Positions 9,143 through 16,607 of a stretch of 47,451 nucleotides of DNA are shown here, one piece after another (position 1 is the stretch's first letter; the number at the start of each line of letters is the position of its first letter). The notes beneath the pieces were generated by a model. The model was not told the origin of the DNA. It saw nothing but the letters and a program-made list of their open reading frames with translations, and ran no database searches. The translations under genes and the position numbers were made by a program. Source of the DNA: Gemmatimonadales bacterium. Lineage in GTDB: Bacteria > Gemmatimonadota > Gemmatimonadetes > Gemmatimonadales > GWC2-71-9. Where the stretch lies: contig JAZFYL010000025.1 of the NCBI GenBank assembly GCA_036443495.1, forward strand, positions 1-47,451, written 5' to 3'.

Positions 9143-9610
9143 CTATCGCGCGCGGACCCGAGAGGAATGTCGTCTTACATGACGTTCCTCGATCCGATAG
9201 ACGCGCCCGTTTCGTACCCACACGACAACGGGCCTGAGCGTCGGGTTCCCCCGCGTTGGACCATCGGCCCAGACACGATGGTAATAGTGGCCGCCCCGGA
9301 CATAGAGCGTCATGGGACGAAAACCGCGTCGGCGCAGCCAGCGGCGCCCCTCACCGTACGACTTTCGCAGCGGGCGGACGCGCGAGCGGAACCGTTGGTA
9401 GCGCTCGACCACCACCAAACCGCGTCGCGGGAACCAGCGAACCACGTCGAGTCCGTTTCGGCGGTGGCGGAATCTCGGCCGCCTGTCAATCACCTCACTG
9501 TGGTATCGTGCGTCACTGATAACCACATCGGCAGTAATACGTTGACCTTGAGCGCTCGCCGGAAAGAGCATCATTCCCAGAGCCAAGGAGCGCACGATTT
9601 TCCCTTGCAT
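9143..9610 (-). CDS. secreted, extremely arginine-rich small protein (hypothetical)
   Basis: 155-aa ORF with a GGAGG Shine-Dalgarno upstream of the ATG and a clear signal peptide (MQGKIVRSLALGMMLFPASAQG). The mature part is very Arg-rich. No family recognised. Confidence 0.55.
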   Translation of the reverse strand: MQGKIVRSLALGMMLFPASAQGQRITADVVISDARYHSEVIDRRPRFRHRRNGLDVVRWFPRRGLVVVERYQRFRSRVRPLRKSYGEGRRWLRRRGFRPMTLYVRGGHYYHRVWADGPTRGNPTLRPVVVWVRNGRVYRIEERHVRRHSSRVRAR

Positions 9611-9706
9611 GGTAGCCTCCTCGTTCAGTCACACGACCTTGCATGAAAGCCAACTCCGTGCCAGAGGCGTAAGATCAATTGAATAAACGACTTATGGGGA
9701 CAATCC

Positions 9707-9865
9707 GCTTCTCGGGACCGTCCTCACGAGAGGACACCTCAGCAACTCATTGGAGGGTCTTTACGGATGATCGGGAGGCACAGCCCAGGGAAAACGATCA
9801 CAGATCGGCTTGTAATGACAACTCATTGTCGCGAAAGGAATTACATCTTTGGTGGCTTCTCGGGA
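9707..9865. repeat. two nested pairs of direct repeats in a lower-GC intergenic region
   Basis: GCTTCTCGGGA at 9707..9717 and 9855..9865. CAACTCATTG at 9743..9752 and 9819..9828. The order is R1-R2-R2-R1, all in direct orientation. Confidence 0.6.
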
Positions 9866-9913
9866 GACGAGCGATGGGCTGGGCGGGCCAAGTCTATTCC
9901 CCGTACGCAGCGC

Positions 9914-10492
9914 CTACCCAGAACTCGCACGGTGGTCCGCCAGCTCGGTCAGGATCATGTGGACCGGTATGTCGCGTGCCGTCATTGGGACCCGGTCCAC
10001 AATCTGGGACTCGAAGGCCAATCCGAGGAAGGTAGAGTTGGGGCCCGCGTTACCCAGCAGCGAGTCGTAATAACCGCGGCCGTAGCCGATCCTCCCGCCT
10101 CGCAGGTCGAAGGCCAGCCCCGGTACCAGAAAGAGATCCACCGCCCCTGGGGAGCATTGGCGCGCCGGATCCAGCCGGAGATCCTGCCTGGGCTCCCAAA
10201 GATCGAATGAGCCAAGCTCCAGCTCGTCGAGTGAGCGAATCAGGCATATCCCCAAGGTCGGACCGTCCCGGTACACGACGGCGGTTGGCGCCTGGCGGGC
10301 GAGCCGGCCCTCGAGGAGCCCACGGGTCTCCACTTCGGACCCGATCCCCACATAGCTGGCCACGACAGGTGCCACCCGATACTCCTGCAGGCCTTCCACG
10401 CGGCGCTGGATGGCCAAACTCTTGGCGGGTCGGCCCGGCTCGCGCTCACGTCGGTCGCGGGCTTCCTCACGTAGCCTCTGCTTTGCATCCAT
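9914..10492 (-). CDS. 5-formyltetrahydrofolate cyclo-ligase (MTHFS)
   Basis: VPGLAFDLRGGRIGYGRGYYDSLL is the signature C-terminal motif of the family. Start placed at MDAKQRLREE (the ORF extends to 10552). Confidence 0.85.
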   Translation of the reverse strand: MDAKQRLREEARDRREREPGRPAKSLAIQRRVEGLQEYRVAPVVASYVGIGSEVETRGLLEGRLARQAPTAVVYRDGPTLGICLIRSLDELELGSFDLWEPRQDLRLDPARQCSPGAVDLFLVPGLAFDLRGGRIGYGRGYYDSLLGNAGPNSTFLGLAFESQIVDRVPMTARDIPVHMILTELADHRASSG

Positions 10493-10635
10493 GGACGCAA
10501 TATGATCCAACCTGCCCGGAGCAGCGACCGTTTGCGGGCCCCGATCCTCCACTACCGCCCTCCCAGCCGCGACCGTACCTTTCCGCCATGGGCCACCACG
10601 GGGCCCATTGCTTTCTCACGTGAAGGACAAGAAGT

Positions 10636-11196
10636 GTGAACGGGACATTTCAGGTTACCGTCAGTAAAGACTATCTCGCATTCTCCGCGGCACATTTCAT
10701 CACGTTTCGGGGTCACAAGTGCGAGTCTCTGCACGGCCACAACTACCGGGTTGGTGTCACGGTAACTGGCCAGGTAGATCCCGAATGCCAGTTCGTCCTC
10801 GACTTCGCCATTCTAAAACAAATCCTCAAGCCGATGGTCGATACTATCGACCACAAGGTGTTGCTTCCTGCCAAGAGCACCAAGCTGGAGATCGAAGAGT
10901 CGGACGACGGCCTCACGGTTATCTACCTCGGTGCACCGCGTTTCCGCTTTCCGACATCGGATTGTGCGCTCTTGCCGATATCGAACACCACTGCTGAAAT
11001 GTTAGCTGAGTACTTCGCGATCCAAGTTCAAGGCGAGTTGGCACACCGGGGCTTCCATCATCTGGACTGGTTGGCCATCGAAGTTGAAGAGAGCCCCGGG
11101 CAGACCGCCACCTACCGCGCCGCTCTCGCGCCTGGCAACCGGGACCACGAAGAGACCCTTTCGTATTCGTCAGCATCGAGTCCGCACCACGCCTGA
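10636..11196 (+). CDS. COG0720 6-pyruvoyl-tetrahydropterin synthase / QueD family protein
   Basis: FSAAHFI...CESLHGHNYRV (Cys-x3-HGH zinc/active-site motif) and LDFAILK. GTG start. The subfamily (PTPS-I/QueD versus PTPS-III) is not resolvable by eye. Confidence 0.85.
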   Translation: MNGTFQVTVSKDYLAFSAAHFITFRGHKCESLHGHNYRVGVTVTGQVDPECQFVLDFAILKQILKPMVDTIDHKVLLPAKSTKLEIEESDDGLTVIYLGAPRFRFPTSDCALLPISNTTAEMLAEYFAIQVQGELAHRGFHHLDWLAIEVEESPGQTATYRAALAPGNRDHEETLSYSSASSPHHA

Positions 11197-11219
11197 CTGC
11201 GCGGAGGAGGACGGATAAC

Positions 11220-11570
11220 ATGGCTATTCCCGACATTCATACTGCTGAGACGATCGCCGGTCCGCTTGCCGAGCTTCCAGGATGGGCCTTCGGCGACAAC
11301 CTGATCTACCGTGAGTTTCAAACCGACGGATGGCCCACGACCCTGATGGTGGTCAACGCCATCGGATTCGTATGCGAGGCTGCCGACCATCATCCCGACC
11401 TCATGGTAACCTGGGGCAAAGTCGTGGTGAGCCTCAGCAGCCACCGGGCCGGTGGGGTCACGGACTTCGACCTGGCAATGGCACGTCACATAGACGAGGT
11501 GGTTCTGTGGAGGCCGGGGGCCGATTCGCCGCTGCAGGGTACTTCCCGTCCGTTCGTCCAGGGAGGCTGA
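11220..11570 (+). CDS. phhB: pterin-4-alpha-carbinolamine dehydratase
   Basis: 116 aa with LPGW, the EAADHHPDL motif and the typical PCD length. Confidence 0.88.
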   Translation: MAIPDIHTAETIAGPLAELPGWAFGDNLIYREFQTDGWPTTLMVVNAIGFVCEAADHHPDLMVTWGKVVVSLSSHRAGGVTDFDLAMARHIDEVVLWRPGADSPLQGTSRPFVQGG

Positions 11571-13063
11571 GGATCGACGGTCTTCCCCACATTGAAGCTC
11601 TTGCCCTGGAACTCGACCCGGTGCAGTGCGCGGCCCTGGTCTTGGATCTTCCCTACCCTCTTCTTCTCGACAGCAGTTCGCACGACCCGAATCTGGCCCG
11701 CTTTTCCTTCGTAGCGGCCGATCCGGCCGTCGTGATTCGGGGCCAGGGCCGGGACACCGCCGTCTGCCACCGTCACAAAGGATCGACTTGGCACCCCGTG
11801 CCCGGTGACGCACTTGCCGTCTGCCGCGATGTCATGGCCCCATTCGCCACCGATCCCGTTTCGTTCCTTCCCCCGTTTCAGGGAGGGATGGCGGGTTATC
11901 TCGGCTACGAGTTCGCTAGGGTGCTCGACCGTGTACCGCCTCCCCGGGTCCGGGACCTACCCCTGGCCGATGCGCTCTTGTGTCTCTACGACTGGGTGAT
12001 CGCTTGGGACCATCAAACCGGCGAGGCATGGATCATCTCGACCGGCATCCCGGCCACGGGTCATGAACGAGCCGAACGTGCGCGAGAGCGCCTGCGATCC
12101 ATCCGTAAGCGGCTGACTGATCAGTCGCCGGCCCGAATGAGCGGCGGGTCGGTGCCCATGACCTCGGGGGTGGCAAAGCCGCTCGTGGTCCCCCCCCCAT
12201 CCCCTGAGGGGCCACCGTTACGTTCGACATTCACTGCTGCCGACTACCGTAACGCGGTAGCCCAGGTACGGGAGTTCATCCTTGCCGGAGACATCTTCCA
12301 GGCCAACTTGTCGCAGCGTTTCGATGCCCCGCTCCCGCTCCCACCGTTCGACACATACCGTGAGCTGCGGGCTAACAACCCGGCACCGTTCGGCGCGTTC
12401 TTCCAGACCGGAGAAGCCGCCGTATTGAGCATCTCCCCCGAGCGGTTCCTCAGCTTGGATCCCAGGGAGGGTCGAGTGGAGACCCGGCCAATCAAGGGAA
12501 CCAGGCCGCGCGGCAGCGAGCCCGGCATCGATGAACGCCTGGCGCAGGAGCTTCTGGTAAGCGAAAAGGATCGGGCGGAAAACGTGATGATCGTCGATTT
12601 GTTGCGTAACGATCTCTCACGAGTGTGCCGGGCGGGAACGATAACGGTGTCGGAGCTTTGTTCCCTCGAGCGTCATCCTACGGTCCACCATCTCGTTTCC
12701 ACCATCATCGGTAGACTCACTCCGGGGGAGGACGCCTTCACCTTGCTCCGGGCGGCCTTCCCCGGGGGCTCGATTACGGGGGCCCCCAAGATAAGAGCCA
12801 TGGAGATCATCGCCGCCCTCGAACCAACGGCCCGCCATGTGTATTGCGGATCGATTGGTTACATCAGCCTGACCGGGGCGATGGACACCAGTATCGCCAT
12901 TCGAACGGCGGTGGCCGCCCGCGGGCGTCTGTACTTCAGTGCCGGAGGCGGGATCGTCGCCGATTCAGATCCGGAAGCGGAGTACCGCGAGACGCTCGAC
13001 AAGGCCCATGCCTTTCTCCATCTGCTCAAGGCGGAGAGCATTTCCAACATGGCGCCCTCATGA
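11507..13063 (+). CDS. pabB: aminodeoxychorismate (or anthranilate) synthase component I
   Basis: Chorismate-binding motifs (GDIFQANLSQRF, PAPFGAFF, SPERFL, RPIKGTRPRG, EKDRAENVMIVDL, FPGGSITGAPK, GGGIVADSDPEAEY). The start is uncertain. GTG 11507 follows GAGGTGG, and the ATG at 11330 would overlap phhB by 240 nt. Confidence 0.85.
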   Translation: MEAGGRFAAAGYFPSVRPGRLRIDGLPHIEALALELDPVQCAALVLDLPYPLLLDSSSHDPNLARFSFVAADPAVVIRGQGRDTAVCHRHKGSTWHPVPGDALAVCRDVMAPFATDPVSFLPPFQGGMAGYLGYEFARVLDRVPPPRVRDLPLADALLCLYDWVIAWDHQTGEAWIISTGIPATGHERAERARERLRSIRKRLTDQSPARMSGGSVPMTSGVAKPLVVPPPSPEGPPLRSTFTAADYRNAVAQVREFILAGDIFQANLSQRFDAPLPLPPFDTYRELRANNPAPFGAFFQTGEAAVLSISPERFLSLDPREGRVETRPIKGTRPRGSEPGIDERLAQELLVSEKDRAENVMIVDLLRNDLSRVCRAGTITVSELCSLERHPTVHHLVSTIIGRLTPGEDAFTLLRAAFPGGSITGAPKIRAMEIIAALEPTARHVYCGSIGYISLTGAMDTSIAIRTAVAARGRLYFSAGGGIVADSDPEAEYRETLDKAHAFLHLLKAESISNMAPS

Positions 13064-13674
13064 TCCTGTTGATCGACAACTACGATTCATTCGTCTACAA
13101 CCTCGCCCGGTACGTTACGGACCTGGGCGAGTCGGCAATGGTGTACCGTCACGATGCCATCACGGTGAGCGACATCGAAGGGATGGCGCCGAGCCACGTC
13201 ATCATCTCACCCGGCCCGGGTACCCCGGCCGAAGCCGGCGTATCCGTCGAGGTCGTGCAGCAGTTGGGCCCTCGGATTCCCGTTCTGGGCGTCTGTCTGG
13301 GCCACCAATGCATTGGGGCCGCATACGGGGCGCGCATCGTGCGAGCCCGCCATCCCATGCACGGGAAGTCGTCGCATATCGATCATCAGGGCAGCGGGCT
13401 GTTCGAGGGTCTGCCTAACCCCCTGGTAGCGGCGCGGTATCATTCCCTCGTCATCGATCCTGAGACGGTTCCGGGTGATCTGGAAGTGGTGGCCACGTCC
13501 GACGACGGAGAGATCATGGCAGTCCGGCACCGGGATCATCCCGTTTGGGGCGTGCAGTTTCACCCGGAGTCGGTCCTGACCCAGTGGGGCTACCATATGC
13601 TCCACCGGTTCCTCCGGCCCGATCGGGGCGTGCCCCGGGACGTGCCGAGTGAGGCGGATTGGGTTACGAGTTGA
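13060..13674 (+). CDS. pabA: glutamine amidotransferase component II of ADC/anthranilate synthase
   Basis: MILLIDNYDSFVYNLARY..., GVCLGHQ (catalytic Cys), VQFHPES. ATGA overlap with the pabB stop. Confidence 0.9.
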   Translation: MILLIDNYDSFVYNLARYVTDLGESAMVYRHDAITVSDIEGMAPSHVIISPGPGTPAEAGVSVEVVQQLGPRIPVLGVCLGHQCIGAAYGARIVRARHPMHGKSSHIDHQGSGLFEGLPNPLVAARYHSLVIDPETVPGDLEVVATSDDGEIMAVRHRDHPVWGVQFHPESVLTQWGYHMLHRFLRPDRGVPRDVPSEADWVTS

Positions 13675-13731
13675 GTTGCGACTGACAATAGACAAACGAC
13701 AGCGTTCCGGACGCGTCGATCGTCCCGTGTT

Positions 13732-14811
13732 TCAATCGCCCAGACTGACGCCTAGCTGACGGGCTGTGATGACGGTGTCGGAGTCGAGGGAGACAAGCTT
13801 TGGCTGACCGACGACATTGGCCAGCGGCACAAGCCCGATATCGGGTGGGTTGTAACACACCATGGTCCCGAACGCCCTGTCAGCCAGCGCACGAACGGCT
13901 GCGGTGCCGAACAGAAGGCCGAGCAATCGATCGGAACTGGTGGGGGCGCCGCCCCGTTGCAAGTGCCCAAGAACCAGGCAGCGGGTCTCCTTGCCGGTGA
14001 TCTTGGCGATGGCGTCGGCCACTTCGCTGCCGATTCCACCGAGACGAGTCGCGCCGCCAACTCGCTGGCCCTCCGCAATGACCTGTTCGCCGGCAACGGG
14101 CCGAGCACCTTCGGCGACCACCACGATGCTATAGCGCAAGCCCCGACCCTCACGTTCAGTGATCTTGTCGCACACCTTCTGAATGTCGAACGGGATTTCC
14201 GGAATGAGGATCACGTCGGCGGTGGCGGCCACCCCGGCATACAGCGCAATCCACCCGGTGTCTCGCCCCATGAGTTCGACAACCATGACGCGATCATGTG
14301 CCTCGGCCGTGGGGTGGAGTTTGTCGATCGCCTCGGTGGCCGTCGTCAAGGCCGTATCGAACCCGAAGGTCCGCACCGTCCCGGCGACATCATTGTCGAT
14401 CGTCTTGGGTACACCGACGATCGGCAACCCTTTTTGAGATAATTGATAGGCGATATGCAGGCTCCCGTCGCCGCCAATGGCCACGAGCGCCTCAAACCCT
14501 CGTTCCCGAAACCGGGCCAGGAGTTCGTCCGACCGGTCTACTTCGGTTTCCACTCCCTGGGCATCTTTTTCGACCCATCGGAACGGATTCCCCCGGTTGG
14601 TCGTTCCCAGGATCGTCCCGCCCAGGTGGGTGATCCCCCGCACCTCATCGGGTCCCAACCGGATCACCCCTTCGCCGGTCATGAGCCCCTGGTAGCCGCG
14701 ACGGATCCCGTAGCATTCCCAACCCAGGTTGTGCGCGGCGAGAACGACGGCTCGGATGACGGCGTTGAGCCCGGGGGCATCACCCCCACCGGTCGAGATC
14801 GCGATACGCAC
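13732..14811 (-). CDS. pfkA: 6-phosphofructokinase
   Basis: GGDAPGLNA, IGGDGS, PKTIDNDV, MGR, GHLQRGG motifs. GTG start 18 nt downstream of the SelW-like stop. Confidence 0.9.
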   Translation of the reverse strand: MRIAISTGGGDAPGLNAVIRAVVLAAHNLGWECYGIRRGYQGLMTGEGVIRLGPDEVRGITHLGGTILGTTNRGNPFRWVEKDAQGVETEVDRSDELLARFRERGFEALVAIGGDGSLHIAYQLSQKGLPIVGVPKTIDNDVAGTVRTFGFDTALTTATEAIDKLHPTAEAHDRVMVVELMGRDTGWIALYAGVAATADVILIPEIPFDIQKVCDKITEREGRGLRYSIVVVAEGARPVAGEQVIAEGQRVGGATRLGGIGSEVADAIAKITGKETRCLVLGHLQRGGAPTSSDRLLGLLFGTAAVRALADRAFGTMVCYNPPDIGLVPLANVVGQPKLVSLDSDTVITARQLGVSLGD

Positions 14812-14829
14812 GCTATTGCCGGTCCTTCC

Positions 14830-15060
14830 TCAACCGAGCTCGGCCCGCACCAAGTCCAGGACTTCGCCAGGGTTGGCGTGACGTCCAACCGACTTCTTGG
14901 AGAAGACAAGCTTCCCGTCGACCTCGACCTCGAACGCTCCGCCGGATGATTCCAGGAGCTGGACGTCGCATTTGGAAAAGGCCTGTTTCAACTCCGCCGC
15001 CAAACTGGCGGCGCGCGGTTGGTAGTTTCAAACGACGCAGTATTCGATGCTGATCTTCAT
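14830..15060 (-). CDS. SelW/Rdx-family thioredoxin-like selenoprotein with in-frame UGA (Sec) at codon 11
   Basis: ATG at 15058..15060 reads MKISIEYCVV-TGA(15028..15030)-NYQPRAASLAAELKQAFSKCDVQLLESSGGAFEVEVDGKLVFSKKSVGRHANPGEVLDLVRAELG, with stop at 14830..14832. It has a CxxU redox motif and GGAFEV, typical of the Rdx/SelW family. A hairpin lies 6 nt after the UGA. Confidence 0.8.
14989..15021 (-). promoter_or_regulatory. candidate bacterial SECIS hairpin
   Basis: mRNA sense CAAC-CGCG-CGCCGCC-AGUUU-GGCGGCG-GA-GUUG. It has a 7-bp perfect upper stem, a 5-nt GU-containing loop, an internal loop and a 4-bp lower stem, and starts 6 nt after the UGA. Confidence 0.65.
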
Positions 15061-15061
15061 A

Positions 15062-15089
15062 GGTGCGCGGTGCGCGGTGCGCGGTGGGC
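15062..15089. repeat. tandem heptamer (GGTGCGC)x3 plus GGTGGGC abutting the SelW-like start codon
   Basis: Read directly. On the mRNA strand it is GCCCACC GCGCACC GCGCACC GCGCACC U AUG, with no Shine-Dalgarno sequence. Confidence 0.85.
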
Positions 15090-15344
15090 AGGCCACCGGC
15101 CCGGCGCTGGGCTGAGGTTGGGCGTGCGGCGGTTCTCTCGAGACCGTGACGAACCAAGTCCTGCAGGGGAATCGTACCTCCGTCCAGAAAAGATGCCAAG
15201 GGTCCAGAGGCTGTCTTGCAGTCCGCCTCCCCACAAGGCAACCTGAGAGGGTGACCCGGGTGTTTCGGGTTGGGGCGGGCACGACCGGACGCTAGATTGG
15301 GAGACCTTGACCAGGGCACGGCGCTTGCCGGATCGACAGGTATT

Positions 15345-16568
15345 ATGGGCAGATTTCGATTCCTCTATCTCACCCCTCTTCTCCTCGCAGGCCTGTGGGG
15401 CACGGGCCTGACGGCACAGGGCTCGGCCAACTGGGGCAACGAGTTGGCTCTGCCTCCCGGGACAGAGGCAACGAGTGACAGCGCCGAGGCCGTCATCGCT
15501 TGGCCGGCGCCGCCGTTGCTGAAACCGCCGGCGAGTGTCAGGGCGCTCTACCTCAACGCCTGGGTCTTCGGCGGTCGCCGGTTTCACAATCTGGTTGCTC
15601 TCGCCGACACGACGGAGATCAACGCCTTCGTCATCGATGTGAAGGACGACACTGGCTATCTGACCTACCGATCGGCAGTGCCCACAGCGATCGAGATCGG
15701 GGCGAACAACGAGCGTCGGGCGAGGGACACCAGGGAGCGCCTCCGCCTGATGCACGCCAAGGGCATCTATCCGATTGCCCGCATCGTCGTCGCCAAGGAC
15801 CCTTTGCTGGCCCAACAGAAGATGCACTGGTCGGTCCGTCACGCAGACGGAGGCCTGTGGAGGGATCGCCTGGACTTCGCCTGGGTGGACGCCTTCAACG
15901 ACTCTGTGTGGATCTACGCCGCGGACCTGGCCGAAGAAGCCATGAGCATGGGGTTCAGCGAAGTGCAGTTCGATTACGTGCGCTTCCCGGACGAGCCCCA
16001 ATCCCGGCTGAAGAGTGCCATCTTTCCGGCCCGGGGCCAGGGGGAGAGTACTCGTAGCGGCGTGGCACGGAACCTCGAATTGCTGCGCGAGCGCATGCAC
16101 GCGCTGGGAGCACCCTTCACGATCGACGTGTTCGGCATGACCGCCAGCACCGACGTCGACCTCGGCATCGGGCAGGTATGGGAAGACCTCGTCACCACAG
16201 CAGATGTGGTGCTCCCCATGGTCTACCCCAGCCACTACTACCACAGTTTCTACGGGATCAAGCACCCCAACAGCCAACCGTACAAGGTCGTGCGGCACGC
16301 CATGCAGGACGCCCTCGAGCAAAACGAGCGCTACGGGGTCACGACCGAAATCAGACCCTATCTCCAGGCGTTCACCCTGGGAAAGCCCCGCTACACACCG
16401 TGGTACATCCGGGAACAGATACGGGCCGCAGAGGAGCTGGGCATTTATTCGTGGGTGTTGTGGAACCCTCGTGGCGTATATGCGCCGGGAATCTTCCGGC
16501 CGAAGGAGCCGGAGGGCAGCGGGGGCAGCGAGGGCAGCGAGGGCAGCGAGGGCAGCCCAAGGGACTAA
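15345..16568 (+). CDS. secreted putative glycoside hydrolase (DUF4015-like TIM barrel)
   Basis: INAFVIDVKDDTGYLTY, YPIARIVVAKDPLLA and GFSEVQFDYVRFPDE match the putative glycosyl hydrolase DUF4015 pattern. Signal peptide starts at MGRFRFLYLTPLLLAGL. The C-terminal tail is a GSE repeat. Confidence 0.75.
   Translation: MGRFRFLYLTPLLLAGLWGTGLTAQGSANWGNELALPPGTEATSDSAEAVIAWPAPPLLKPPASVRALYLNAWVFGGRRFHNLVALADTTEINAFVIDVKDDTGYLTYRSAVPTAIEIGANNERRARDTRERLRLMHAKGIYPIARIVVAKDPLLAQQKMHWSVRHADGGLWRDRLDFAWVDAFNDSVWIYAADLAEEAMSMGFSEVQFDYVRFPDEPQSRLKSAIFPARGQGESTRSGVARNLELLRERMHALGAPFTIDVFGMTASTDVDLGIGQVWEDLVTTADVVLPMVYPSHYYHSFYGIKHPNSQPYKVVRHAMQDALEQNERYGVTTEIRPYLQAFTLGKPRYTPWYIREQIRAAEELGIYSWVLWNPRGVYAPGIFRPKEPEGSGGSEGSEGSEGSPRD
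16514..16558 (+). repeat. 9-bp in-frame tandem repeat (GGGCAGCGA)x5, three copies perfect
   Basis: Encodes GSGGSEGSEGSEGS at the C-terminus of the 15345..16568 gene. Confidence 0.9.
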
Positions 16569-16607
16569 TCAGCCCAACCGCGTGCAGCACAACCCCCTTA
16601 CGACTCG

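Noticed and set aside
9095-9646. 183-aa plus-strand ORF opposite the Arg-rich secreted protein gene
   Set aside because: It has no ribosome-binding site, signal or family resemblance. The minus-strand ORF has both a GGAGG site and a signal peptide, so I kept that one, though only with moderate confidence.
11112-11813. 233-aa minus-strand ORF, and ATG 11330 as a pabB start
   Set aside because: The minus ORF is antisense to phhB/pabB. The 11330 start would translate about 80 residues out of frame across phhB (Arg/Gly-rich nonsense) before PabB homology begins.
14813-15319. 168-aa minus-strand ORF, and the 84-aa ORF 15028..15282, as ordinary CDSs
   Set aside because: The 168-aa ORF is out of frame with the SelW-like reading frame and has junk composition. 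The part of the 84-aa ORF upstream of ATG 15060 reads through the heptamer repeat and the neighbouring gene's 5' region. Only its last 10 codons belong to the selenoprotein gene.
15057-16322. 421-aa minus-strand ORF
   Set aside because: It is antisense to the DUF4015-like glycosidase gene, which has strong family motifs.
16514-16558. Tandem repeats here, at 15062..15089 and at 41038..41117, considered as possible CRISPR arrays
   Set aside because: The units are 7-14 bp and directly adjacent without spacers, one array is inside a CDS, and no cas genes are present. These are simple tandem repeats.
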